IMG/VR virus record: IMGVR_UViG_3300045988_159775
Length of the DNA stretch: 64,000 bases
Reading direction: 5' to 3' (one strand)
From: a virus
The position numbers and the translations under genes were made by a program. Positions 38,603 through 47,784 of this stretch are shown here, piece by piece. The notes under the pieces were generated by a model, which was not told the origin of the DNA, searched no databases, and worked only from the letters and a program-made list of their open reading frames with translations. Each line of letters begins with the position of its first letter. Position 1 is the first letter of the stretch.

Positions 38603-38791
38603 TTATTCCTCCTCTTCGGTCTTTATGTATTTAACGTACAAAATGTGAAGAATCCATCCCGCAATAACTCCGCCTACGGCTACCACTAAGTTAGAAAGAC
38701 TAACCCAAACTGGAGTGTAATGCATGTACAAGAGAATTCCGATAACTGCCAAAACCGCGACAGCAATCCAAATGATAGTTTTCCTTTTCAT
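38603..38791 (-). CDS. small two-TM membrane protein
   Basis: 62 aa with two hydrophobic helices and an acidic tail. Confidence 0.4.
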   Translation of the reverse strand: MKRKTIIWIAVAVLAVIGILLYMHYTPVWVSLSNLVVAVGGVIAGWILHILYVKYIKTEEEE

Positions 38792-38800
38792 ATAAAGTCT

Positions 38801-39775
38801 CTATTTTATTAATGATCCATAAAAATCTTCCAATGTGTACAACTTATTATACTTGTACTTATCTTTGTTTTGTTTAACGTCCTCCAGCATATTCTCCAAC
38901 AAACTCTTTCCATTCTCCGTCAAGTAATTCATTTCGTTATATACCGAAAGGTTCAACCAAGTCATTTTAAGGTTAAAGATAACCTTTCCCAATACTTCCT
39001 CATACGCCATCCCCGTAAAATCCGAAAACCGCGAAGCAATCCAAGTAGCCATTGTTATAAAATCTACATCTTTGGGCTCTTTATACGGGGTTATACTTTT
39101 GATAAACTTTTCAAAACCCTTATCGCCTACTCCCGGCTTAACTTTAGGTATGTTATCTGAATTGTCTCCCATTAAGACTTTATACAAAAGAACTTCAAAT
39201 GGGCGTATTGCTTTTACTTGTACGTCTGAATCAAAGTATTCATTCCAAAATACCTCCCTTTCCGGAACGCAATGCAAAGAGATATTTTTGGAATTGTTAT
39301 TAAACAAAGAAACGTTAGGTGTCATTATTTGACCAATGTCAGAATCTCCCGTAACTATTACCAATTCCTCCTCTTTTATCCAACCAAAGTATAATGACCA
39401 AACGTAAAGTAGATCATCCCCCTCAGCGCCCATGACTCTACTGACTATAATTCCTTTTTTACGTAGAAGATTCTCAAACATATCCAAACACGTCAGAAAA
39501 TGCTTGTAATATGGATCTCTGACTCTCGTTAGTGCGTACTTATAATCATCATAGAAACTATATCGCCAAGACGTTGAATCTATAACGAACGCTACGCGCT
39601 CAACGTCCTTAAATCTCTTTACTGTAAAACAAAGGTCTATTATACATTTGCGCATAAGAACTTGTTGTTTCTCTTTGTCTTGAAGAACTTCTCCAATATC
39701 TTGACCTTTGTAGTAGGTAGAGAAGATATTGAAATTGCGGTGGTACAGATAATTACCGTCAAATAATATATTCAT
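38801..39775 (-). CDS. 5'-3' exonuclease / flap endonuclease (PIN-like + H3TH)
   Basis: Carries ILFDGNYLYHR, FVIDSTSWR, GAEGDDLLY, VTGDSDIGQ and GDNSDNIPKVKPGVGDKGFEKF. Confidence 0.85.
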   Translation of the reverse strand: MNILFDGNYLYHRNFNIFSTYYKGQDIGEVLQDKEKQQVLMRKCIIDLCFTVKRFKDVERVAFVIDSTSWRYSFYDDYKYALTRVRDPYYKHFLTCLDMFENLLRKKGIIVSRVMGAEGDDLLYVWSLYFGWIKEEELVIVTGDSDIGQIMTPNVSLFNNNSKNISLHCVPEREVFWNEYFDSDVQVKAIRPFEVLLYKVLMGDNSDNIPKVKPGVGDKGFEKFIKSITPYKEPKDVDFITMATWIASRFSDFTGMAYEEVLGKVIFNLKMTWLNLSVYNEMNYLTENGKSLLENMLEDVKQNKDKYKYNKLYTLEDFYGSLIK

Positions 39776-39804
39776 TGATTACGCTTTTTGTTTTTAAGTT
39801 ACTC

Positions 39805-39846
39805 TTAAAATAACCGTGGGGGAATTCCCGAAGAACTCACCCCACG
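39805..39846 (-). terminator. possible terminator
   Basis: CGTGGGG-N18-CCCCACG followed by GGTTATTTT on the minus strand. Confidence 0.35.
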
Positions 39847-39873
39847 TTGCCAAAACATAAAAATACAGAACTA

Positions 39874-40014
39874 TTAATCAAGAAATTTTACTTTGTTTAT
39901 TTGTGCTTTCTTATTTTCTTCTAATTGTTTATTTATTTCCGTCTTTCTTCCGTCCTCGTATCCTGAAAAGAATGAACTGTCTAATTTCGTTCTACGTTGC
40001 TTTGAATTACTCAT
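39874..40014 (-). CDS. small basic protein
   Basis: MSNSKQRRTKLD... The first ATG after the upstream stop is at 40014. Confidence 0.25.
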   Translation of the reverse strand: MSNSKQRRTKLDSSFFSGYEDGRKTEINKQLEENKKAQINKVKFLD

Positions 40015-40642
40015 ATTGTATTTTTTGTCTGATATACTCTTGGATTGCTTCTTCATTACGAATTGTCAAAGCGGTAACTTTATCAGAAAAGTCTTTATCA
40101 TTCTTCTCGGTTGATATTTTTTCTTCCTCAAACTTATCTTCCAAACCTCTAACACAGCCCATTAAATAGCGTCTTAAATAGGTATCCAAACCTATCGGTT
40201 CACAAGCGTATGCCTCCGTTTCCTTATGACGGTTAAATCTATTTTTGCCAAGAGCAACAAAGCGATCGCAAAGCATAAAATACATCCATTTTACAGTTTC
40301 CATGTTCTCCTTTTTACCAAAGAACATCATTTGCTTATTCTTATGATCTCCATAATGGGCTGCTTTACAAAAGTTATATTTACAAAGAACGTCCATCAAC
40401 GCAAATTCCCACTGACCTCCTATGAACTTTATTCGATAACAAGACATAATTTCCTCTTTTATTGCGTCATCTTCTTCGTCCCGTTCAATATCTCCCATGG
40501 AGAGGTTATATTCAGCAAGAAGTCTTTGTATAGCTGCCGCTGCTGCATTTGCTTCTCCCTCTGATTTGATCTTCTTCGCACCCTCGTATAACTTCATTAA
40601 TTTTTGAAGTTTCCCCTTTATTTTATCTAAGTTGTCTGACAT
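40007..40642 (-). CDS. DUF2786-like protein
   Basis: KIKGKLQKLMKLYEGAKKIKSEGEANAAAAAIQRLLAEYNL matches the DUF2786 N-terminal helix pair. The start is taken at MSDNLDK (ATG at 40642). Confidence 0.55.
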   Translation of the reverse strand: MSDNLDKIKGKLQKLMKLYEGAKKIKSEGEANAAAAAIQRLLAEYNLSMGDIERDEEDDAIKEEIMSCYRIKFIGGQWEFALMDVLCKYNFCKAAHYGDHKNKQMMFFGKKENMETVKWMYFMLCDRFVALGKNRFNRHKETEAYACEPIGLDTYLRRYLMGCVRGLEDKFEEEKISTEKNDKDFSDKVTALTIRNEEAIQEYIRQKIQYE

Positions 40643-40945
40643 AACGCGTTCCTCCTTATAAAATTCTAATTTCTGCTCCACCTACTTTCTTATCACCGCA
40701 ATTCAAAGTCTCGTATTTCATCGTTGTAAGATTGAATACTATTTCCAAAGTTACGCTTCCATTCTCCGTTCTATCATAAACAGTACTGATATGACGATAC
40801 ATTTTGTTTTTCATTACGAATATAACGTTTTAGTTAGTATTGAATATGAACGCTGTTGCATAAGCCAATGTGTTTTCTGTTCTTACTGTTGTTTTCATAA
40901 TTCTGTATTCTATTAGTTTTACAATTTGTTTTTCGATTATGAGTA

Positions 40946-40977
40946 CAAAGGTAAGGGTTTTGAGAATATCTACAAAA
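40946..40977 (-). promoter_or_regulatory. Bacteroides-type promoter
   Basis: Minus strand has TTTG, then 19 nt, then TACCTTTG (TAnnTTTG). Confidence 0.65.
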
Positions 40978-41024
40978 TTTTTCTTGGTAAATTTTTAGTT
41001 TTCCCAAAGAATTTAACTTTTGTT

Positions 41025-41057
41025 AAAAGAAAAGGACTACTTTCCCAAGCAATCCTT
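41025..41057 (-). terminator. intrinsic terminator
   Basis: Minus strand reads AAGGATTGCTT-GGGA-AAGTAGTCCTT followed by TTCTTTT. The stem is 11 bp with two G-U pairs and a GNRA loop. Confidence 0.6.
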
Positions 41058-41094
41058 AACTAATAGAACAAAATAACAAGACTAATACATCAAA

Positions 41095-41385
41095 TTATTT
41101 TATCAAATGGAACAATAAATTATCTTGTTCTAATAACTTTGCTAATTTTTCTTCAATAGCCGTACAATAAAAGAAAGCAATCTTTATTCCCAAAGAATTC
41201 GCAGCCTTATGCCATGCTTCAGAAAGAGCCTTAAACCTTTTATCACTCGTATATAGATCGTAGCAATTTAGGCAAATACAATAGCATTTCATATCACTAT
41301 CCTTATAACAGTAAGATATAATGCCGTCTTTCATCCCGTCTACCGTCCGAAGAATGCCTAAAAGGAAATTCTCAATCTTGTTCAT
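41095..41385 (-). CDS. Cys-rich small protein
   Basis: 96 aa containing CYKDSDMKCYCICLNC. It overlaps the ferritin-like gene by 14 nt. Confidence 0.35.
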   Translation of the reverse strand: MNKIENFLLGILRTVDGMKDGIISYCYKDSDMKCYCICLNCYDLYTSDKRFKALSEAWHKAANSLGIKIAFFYCTAIEEKLAKLLEQDNLLFHLIK

Positions 41386-41962
41386 CTTTTGTAAGCATTG
41401 CTAAACGTTCTGAAAGAAGATTCAAGTGAACCTTTTCATCCGCCAAGAGTTTTGAAGTTAACTGCATTGCTACTTTCATAGTGCGGGTAAATGTACCGTT
41501 GGCGGCTTCGGTAATCTTATTTTGAATAGACTCATAGACTTTGATAGTCTTTTCTTCCGATTCAATAGCAATCTTCAAGGCTTCCTCTACGCTACCGCCT
41601 ACGGCAACGGATGAGTTATTCCAACGTTGATCTATCTTGCCGCCTAACTTCCGTATGAAATCTGAAAGTTTATCGTAGTGCTTCATTTCAGTCATACCGA
41701 TACCCAACATAAGTTCGCCTACATCCTCAAACGTAGCTTCTTGGGTGACGTACATATTTATTGCCGTAAGTTCTGAAAAATCCGTTACGCCATTATGAAT
41801 ACCATAGAACCATTCCGCTGGTACTCCATCGTCCGGCTTTACGCCCGTATATTCCGGATATTCAACGTTTGGGTCAGAATAACGCATAGCATTTACCAAA
41901 CCATCTGTAAGATCGTCAAGTTGATTTTTACTCAACGGCTTCATTTTCGCAAAGTCTTTCAT
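41372..41962 (-). CDS. ferritin-like di-iron protein (Mn-catalase/CotJC/rubrerythrin-like four-helix bundle)
   Basis: SELTAINMYVTQE, TEMKHYDKL (ExxH), ESEEKTIKVYE and DEKVHLNLL (ExxH) make up the pattern. Confidence 0.55.
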   Translation of the reverse strand: MKDFAKMKPLSKNQLDDLTDGLVNAMRYSDPNVEYPEYTGVKPDDGVPAEWFYGIHNGVTDFSELTAINMYVTQEATFEDVGELMLGIGMTEMKHYDKLSDFIRKLGGKIDQRWNNSSVAVGGSVEEALKIAIESEEKTIKVYESIQNKITEAANGTFTRTMKVAMQLTSKLLADEKVHLNLLSERLAMLTKDEQD

Positions 41963-41972
41963 ATCTTCTTCC

Positions 41973-43061
41973 TTACTTCATTCCCGTGTGACCAAAACCT
42001 CCGTCACCGCGTTCCGTCACATCGTCAAACTCATTTACTAATTCAAAATCCGCCTTAACAACGTTTTCAACAAATACAAATTGAGCAATTCTCTCTCCTT
42101 TCTCAAAGAATACCTTTTCACTACCATGATTTATCAAAATTACGTTACATTCCCCACGATAGTCAGCATCAATCGTACCCGGTGCGTTAAGGCAAGTAAT
42201 ACCTTTCTTCAAAGCCAAACCGCTACGAGGACGACACTGTACTTCAACGTTCTCCGGCAGTTGCATGTAAAGTCCTGTATGAATCATGCGCCGTTCTCCC
42301 GGTTCTAATGAAAAATCCTCAGCAGCCTTTATATCCGCTCCAGAACTCTGACTTGTAGCGTAAACGGGCAATTCTCCACCCTCCTTAACAATGATTTTAA
42401 TCTTAACCGTTTTACGGGATTCATGAAAGTTTTCAACGAAAATTTGATTAAACTGATCGACTGTAGGACGGTATAACAAATCAGTTAACTTTTCAATATC
42501 TCCTCCTAAATCTTTAGCGATATTCTCAGCAAAACTCCGGAATTCGGATTCTGATAAATTCCGTTCCCGAATCAATTTCGCCAACTCTTTTACGCCAATA
42601 GATTTTTTAACAAAATGTTGTTTGATGAGTTCTCCAGAATTTTCGTCAATCATGAAAACTGGTATATCGCGTTTGATAGCCATCCGCAATTCCGTCTCCA
42701 CTCCGCCTTTAATCTCTCCAAGAAATACTGAGATACCGTCATTTTGCTCGATATAATCAAACATATGCTCCCGATAAAAATCCAACTCGCCGCTTTTCTC
42801 CAATCCCGGATTCCAGCCGTTTTGTTCCATTTCGATATGATCGTAAAGATCGTGGAACGCTTCGTGAATAGAATTATCAAAATCATTTTCAATAACTTCT
42901 TCCTCCGACAAGAAACAATGATGTAACTCAATTGTCGTATCCTCTGAGAGATCGTCAATGTATTTTTTTAAGGCGGTTTCAAATTCTCCTACTAACTTCT
43001 TTACATCTTGATCTTTTGGGGTAAAATGTAAACTTACTACTAATTTTTTCTTCTTTTCCAT
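41973..43061 (-). CDS. dut: dUTPase with a ~220-aa N-terminal extension (possibly nucleoside 2-deoxyribosyltransferase/DUF4406-like)
   Basis: All five dUTPase motifs are present: SSGADIKA, RPRSGLALK, GTIDADYRGE, ERIAQFVF, ERGDGGFGHTG. The N-terminal DGISVFLGEIKGGVETELRMAIKRDIPVF resembles the NDT-fold C-terminal motif. Confidence 0.85.
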   Translation of the reverse strand: MEKKKKLVVSLHFTPKDQDVKKLVGEFETALKKYIDDLSEDTTIELHHCFLSEEEVIENDFDNSIHEAFHDLYDHIEMEQNGWNPGLEKSGELDFYREHMFDYIEQNDGISVFLGEIKGGVETELRMAIKRDIPVFMIDENSGELIKQHFVKKSIGVKELAKLIRERNLSESEFRSFAENIAKDLGGDIEKLTDLLYRPTVDQFNQIFVENFHESRKTVKIKIIVKEGGELPVYATSQSSGADIKAAEDFSLEPGERRMIHTGLYMQLPENVEVQCRPRSGLALKKGITCLNAPGTIDADYRGECNVILINHGSEKVFFEKGERIAQFVFVENVVKADFELVNEFDDVTERGDGGFGHTGMK

Positions 43062-43103
43062 TTTTACAATTGTTAATTAATGTTACACTTTATAACGGTC
43101 TAT

Positions 43104-43257
43104 AAGGGTGCATAAATACGGAATAATTAAAGTGAAAAAGATGAAAGTTAAGGTTCAATGTGTCGCTGACGCTAATGGTAAAAATGGCAATGTTCAGTGG
43201 CAATTGAAGTCTCGTTCCTAAAACTCAACCGAAATAAATTCCATATTATGCACCCTT
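43104..43257. repeat. 12-bp perfect inverted repeat bracketing a ~130-bp non-coding segment
   Basis: AAGGGTGCATAA at 43104-43115 pairs with TTATGCACCCTT at 43246-43257. GGAAT/ATTCC extends the stem just inside. Confidence 0.85.
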
Positions 43258-43314
43258 TAGTACTCACTATTCGATTTCTTAATCTTCCTAAAGAATAACC
43301 TTGAGAAATATAAC

Positions 43315-46047
43315 TTAAAGGAAAGCGTACTTAAATCCTGTAGTTATAAGATTAGAACCTAACATAGCAAGCCAAAAACTTGAACTGATGTCATCGTGGT
43401 TTCCGACCGAACACAACCCTTTATCTGTGAAAGCTACTGAACCTAAATCTTCAAAAATTAAATCTTTTACATTTTTTGAATAATCATCCCCGATAGGAAT
43501 ATGATATTTTCCCCGTTCGAATCTAATTGCCATCCCCGGCCATCCACTCTTGAGATCATACTTATCTATTCCCGTAGTGTGTCCTACAACGGGAAGTCCT
43601 TGGCGATCTGCTTCTTGGACAAATATCTGCTGAAAAGTATTCTGCTCCAATACCATAGAATCTGGTCTAAACTTTGCATTAATTCCTCTCAAAGTTTGCA
43701 TTTGCTCGTTAAACGTCAAGCCCTTTTCTCTAAAGAAATTCAACAGCCACATTTCTCCGGTCTCATCATCCACTCCCCAAGTCGTAAATACGGTATAGTC
43801 ACTTCCTACGTTTGCCGATATAGCAAAGTCGCAACCCACTACTACTTTATTAAACTTAATCGGAAAATCATCCCTATTTCTCACCAATACATAATTTTCC
43901 ATACGTACCAAGGAACGTTCCAAAACCTTTAACGGGAAAATAGACGCTTCATTCGTAATAGGTCTACAAAGGTTCTCCCGGCTGAAAATGATATTTCCTT
44001 GCGTAGCTCTCTTATCCAGAAGATCGAAGAAACTCCAACGGTGTGGCCAAAGTATTCGCCCGTCTGGGAAGATAGCCGGATATTCAATAACAAACCAACC
44101 TTTCTTAGTTTTCAAGTCTCCGTAAAGATCGCTTGCGTGGAACGGCGTTCCCACTACTACGATTTGACCACCGGGTACGAGCATGTTCATGATTACGGAA
44201 TGAAAATAGTCAATGCTCTTCTGCCTTTGTAATTGACTGTATATGACGTTATCTTTCAGTCCATCATCTACTACTATCCAGAACGGGTGAGCACCACGTA
44301 CAGAGCTTCCAAAACCCTTACACGTCAACCTCGCACCGTTCTTACATACTATATTCGTACTCGCCCACGCTCCAACGGCTCTCGTATCCGGAAAAAGACG
44401 CTCTCTCAATACGTCATTCCCCTCAATCGTACCCTTAAGTATTTCCATAAGGTCTACCGACTGCTGAAGTGAGAAAGAGAATAAATACCCACGGTTGGAA
44501 TTCGAACGCGTAGGACGAGCAGAAAAATGACTTCCACGGGGTTTAGAATATCCATATAATTTCCAAGCAGCGTATGCGTTGGAGAAATAGTAAGAATTAT
44601 GAGTTACCGTTCCATCTCCTAATAAAAATCTATGATCTCCGTCCGTAGTTATTGAAACGTACTCTCCACGCCCCACGTCAGTAATCTTTATAGAAGAAAC
44701 AACGCTTGGAGTTATTCCCTCAATCGTACCCCAATCTTTATTTGAAGTTTTTTCTTCCCAATTGTAAATCATCTTTTTTCTGGGAATCTTAACGGGTATT
44801 TGATCGATTTTTCCTGATATTGAAACTCCCCACCATTCATACATCCTCTTAAGTTGCTTATTGAACTTCTCCCCTCCGGAAAGATAAGTTCTAAACCCTA
44901 AACTATCAGCAAGTCTTTTTACGTCTTCAACTAAACGTTTATTGATGTTACCAAAGTGATATCCGTTGCTCCATAAATCTCCATCCGAATCTAAAAGCCC
45001 CGCAAGTAATTGTAGCCGGACGGCTTTAGAATTATGTAAATAAACATGCGGTATATGTTTATTGTAAAGAAGATTATACCCCTTTAAATACAAATTGAGT
45101 TTATTCTTAGTTTTGCAAGATATGACTTTTCTTCTTATATTAGACAAAAAACCTTTTCTGGAAGTTGTCATATCGAGTCTTTCCGCATATTCATCTAAAT
45201 ATTCTACAACTTCCAAATCTTCCGTAGTTATTTTTTGATTATTTGAATTTCCATCTCCTAACCAATAACCCAAAAAATAAGGTTCTATCAAAACTTTTCG
45301 TTCTGGCGCTTCCCAAGCAACCTTGAATGTTCTTATTCTCTCTTTTATGAAATTTTCAGAATAAGACAAAAGAGTTGACATATCAATATCTACAATATGC
45401 TTTTCATGATCTTCCAAGCAATTACCTCTTTTGTCTATTCTTATGCAAGTATTTATGTGACGACTGTTAACTGTATAGCTATCTCCCTTGCTTTGATCAA
45501 TTCTGTACATATGATCATCCCAACCTCTATGAACGGCAGTGACTTTACGTGGAGTAGAATCTACCCCCATTAGCAAATCTCCAACTTTAATGTCTTCGAC
45601 TTTTTTTATGCGTCCATCAAACATTAAAACGGGAGTACCAACTGCTTCGCACTTTCCGTGGTCGCGCGCCGCTTCTATACAAAGTTTCTTATGTCTATGT
45701 ACGAGATCTCCCCATTCTATGTGGTGCCAACTGAGTTGAAAATCCGGTAAAACTGAAGTAATGAAATACGTCAAATTATGAGTTCTTAAAGTCTCTTCAA
45801 TAGACTCCGATAGTCGCTCAGTATATTTAGGCGCAAAATCCACGTCAGTTTTGCCCGTATACATCACTTCAAACGTATCCCGAACTAAGTTATCAATAAC
45901 GAAATCTAAATCACCCTCCGATCCAAAAAGCAATTCATTTATTCCTCTTTCGTCCAAACCCTCTATTATTTCATCAACAACGTTTAAGCACTGCAATCTG
46001 TGCATTGGGGTTTGTAAAATTAATCCTCCGTTTTCTGAAATAGGCAT
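43315..46047 (-). CDS. terL: terminase large subunit, interrupted in frame by an intein
   Basis: Splicing out aa 133-484 gives the Walker A AARDHGK|S. The C-terminal half has a typical terminase nuclease region. 910 aa as the precursor. Confidence 0.8.
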   Translation of the reverse strand: MPISENGGLILQTPMHRLQCLNVVDEIIEGLDERGINELLFGSEGDLDFVIDNLVRDTFEVMYTGKTDVDFAPKYTERLSESIEETLRTHNLTYFITSVLPDFQLSWHHIEWGDLVHRHKKLCIEAARDHGKCEAVGTPVLMFDGRIKKVEDIKVGDLLMGVDSTPRKVTAVHRGWDDHMYRIDQSKGDSYTVNSRHINTCIRIDKRGNCLEDHEKHIVDIDMSTLLSYSENFIKERIRTFKVAWEAPERKVLIEPYFLGYWLGDGNSNNQKITTEDLEVVEYLDEYAERLDMTTSRKGFLSNIRRKVISCKTKNKLNLYLKGYNLLYNKHIPHVYLHNSKAVRLQLLAGLLDSDGDLWSNGYHFGNINKRLVEDVKRLADSLGFRTYLSGGEKFNKQLKRMYEWWGVSISGKIDQIPVKIPRKKMIYNWEEKTSNKDWGTIEGITPSVVSSIKITDVGRGEYVSITTDGDHRFLLGDGTVTHNSYYFSNAYAAWKLYGYSKPRGSHFSARPTRSNSNRGYLFSFSLQQSVDLMEILKGTIEGNDVLRERLFPDTRAVGAWASTNIVCKNGARLTCKGFGSSVRGAHPFWIVVDDGLKDNVIYSQLQRQKSIDYFHSVIMNMLVPGGQIVVVGTPFHASDLYGDLKTKKGWFVIEYPAIFPDGRILWPHRWSFFDLLDKRATQGNIIFSRENLCRPITNEASIFPLKVLERSLVRMENYVLVRNRDDFPIKFNKVVVGCDFAISANVGSDYTVFTTWGVDDETGEMWLLNFFREKGLTFNEQMQTLRGINAKFRPDSMVLEQNTFQQIFVQEADRQGLPVVGHTTGIDKYDLKSGWPGMAIRFERGKYHIPIGDDYSKNVKDLIFEDLGSVAFTDKGLCSVGNHDDISSSFWLAMLGSNLITTGFKYAFL
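44596..45651 (-). mobile_element. intein with LAGLIDADG homing endonuclease
   Basis: It starts at Cys in CEAVGTPVLMFDG and ends at ...GDGTVTHN, with Ser at +1. The two LAGLIDADG motifs are LGYWLGDGNS and LLAGLLDSDGD. Confidence 0.8.
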
Positions 46048-46132
46048 AATGTCTTATCTCCTTTCTAAAAACACAAAAACCTTGCCCGTATAATTAGGCA
46101 AGGTATATTGATCTTTTTACTTTGTATGAAAC

Positions 46133-46933
46133 TTAATACTCAATTGTTTCGTCAATTCTACGCATGAGCATTTTGTACATTTCATCTTTTTCCTCCTTTT
46201 TCAATTCATCGTCCGTATCAATAGCGACTTTCATACGCTGAATATCTTGATTAAGGACTTTTAGCATGCCTGTTATTTCTTTCAAAATCGTATTTCTACG
46301 CAGGTCTTTACTAAAGGTGAATTTGAATTCGTGCGTCCCCTTAGTATATTGTATAAGTCCAAAGGTATGAAGAAGTGTCAAAAGTTCTTTTGCTTCCGCA
46401 TAATTAAGATTTGTAGAGCGCACTACATTAGAAAGGCGGCAATAGTAATTCTCAGAATCCTCTACTCGTCCGCCCTCGGTAATGATCGTGAAAAGTTTCT
46501 TACAAGATTCCTCAGCCTTAAGACGGTTAGAAGAATTGCTCAAGAAATCTCCTATTGTCTTTTTGGTATTATCTCCGTCTCTTTTGAGATCAAGATAATC
46601 TTTGATAACCTGATCTTCCAAAATAACTACTTCAAGACCATTATTCTTGGCAATCTCGATTGTTTTCTGAGAAGTAGACGGATGCAAACAAGCCATAATA
46701 AATACGCTTTGTTCTTCCGGTAAACATACCGTTCTATTGTCGCATTCTTCCTTTGATCGATCAGTTGACGCAGTAGGTTCTTTCACTTCTTCTTTGTTCT
46801 CCCCATCTTCAGTTTTCTTAGTACGTTTCGGACGAGGTTTTAACGTACCATTTGCAATGGCGGCTTCGCGTTCCTCTTTTGTGAGTCTCTTTCGCTTTGG
46901 CGCTTCTTCCGTTTTGTTTTCCAATTCTGACAT
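46133..46933 (-). CDS. hypothetical protein; small terminase subunit possible from position only
   Basis: 266 aa with a Lys/Arg-rich N-terminus, immediately upstream of terL. Confidence 0.3.
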   Translation of the reverse strand: MSELENKTEEAPKRKRLTKEEREAAIANGTLKPRPKRTKKTEDGENKEEVKEPTASTDRSKEECDNRTVCLPEEQSVFIMACLHPSTSQKTIEIAKNNGLEVVILEDQVIKDYLDLKRDGDNTKKTIGDFLSNSSNRLKAEESCKKLFTIITEGGRVEDSENYYCRLSNVVRSTNLNYAEAKELLTLLHTFGLIQYTKGTHEFKFTFSKDLRRNTILKEITGMLKVLNQDIQRMKVAIDTDDELKKEEKDEMYKMLMRRIDETIEY

Positions 46934-46968
46934 AATAATTACAATTTATTTGATATTCATACTTGTTT

Positions 46969-47736
46969 TTATCTCTTAATGTATTTCAAAGTGTGACGCG
47001 TTAAGTACTCAGCAACTTCCATAGGAGTCTCAAATAGGTCTTTAACTCCCAAATCAATCATTACACAATACTTCTCAGGAATAGTATTTTGATCTTCATC
47101 ACAATTCTTGTTACAAGAATTCCAATTTATCCATTCTTTTGAAATTATCTCCAAATTATACAAAATAGACTTCCTATCATCTGCATAATGTAAGGAGATT
47201 ATTTTGCCCTCAACAATTCCTCCGTCTTTCAACGCAAATCTCATATCGCCCAAATTAGGCATAATTACTTGACGCTTTACTTTAACAGCTGGAGAGAATT
47301 CGAGGTCTTGCTGCACATCTTTGCGCGAATATGTACGAGGTGGAGTCAAATCAGATTTTGAAGACGGCGGATATTTGTCAAATTCATTAGCTTCCGCCGT
47401 CAACGCTTTCTTTTTCAACAAATATGTATTTTGATATTTTGCGCATTCTGAGCTGTAATCTTTACGAATAGTATCTACCAAGAATTTTATGTCTGGAATG
47501 ACTTGAGATTTTATCATATATCTTTGATGACGATTGACTCCGTTTACTTCAATTAATCCTATTTTACTAAGTGCCTTAAGAACAAATGGAGAATAACCTT
47601 TTCTTACTCCTGCTTCCTCAAGAATCTTAGTTATTGGACGATCTACAACAGATATCCAAACATTCATTCTATCAAATCTCAAAATTTCTTCTAAAGCAAG
47701 TTCCAAACTTGTCTTGATCTCTTCTTCGCGTCTCAT
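46969..47736 (-). CDS. hypothetical protein, possibly with a winged-helix N-terminus
   Basis: 255-aa ORF preceded by the conserved TTGTAAAACAAATTGTAAAAATT leader. Confidence 0.35.
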   Translation of the reverse strand: MRREEEIKTSLELALEEILRFDRMNVWISVVDRPITKILEEAGVRKGYSPFVLKALSKIGLIEVNGVNRHQRYMIKSQVIPDIKFLVDTIRKDYSSECAKYQNTYLLKKKALTAEANEFDKYPPSSKSDLTPPRTYSRKDVQQDLEFSPAVKVKRQVIMPNLGDMRFALKDGGIVEGKIISLHYADDRKSILYNLEIISKEWINWNSCNKNCDEDQNTIPEKYCVMIDLGVKDLFETPMEVAEYLTRHTLKYIKR

Positions 47737-47784
47737 AATTTTTACAATTTGTTTTACAATTTTCTTTATAAACTTTGGGGAATA

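Larger units (their letters stand above)
40886..41057 (-). repeat. cassette copy A: terminator + conserved box + Bacteroides-type promoter + leader
   Basis: 40903-40977 is identical over 75 bp to 53252-53326. 41004-41058 matches 63890-63944 with one mismatch in 55 nt. Confidence 0.9.
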
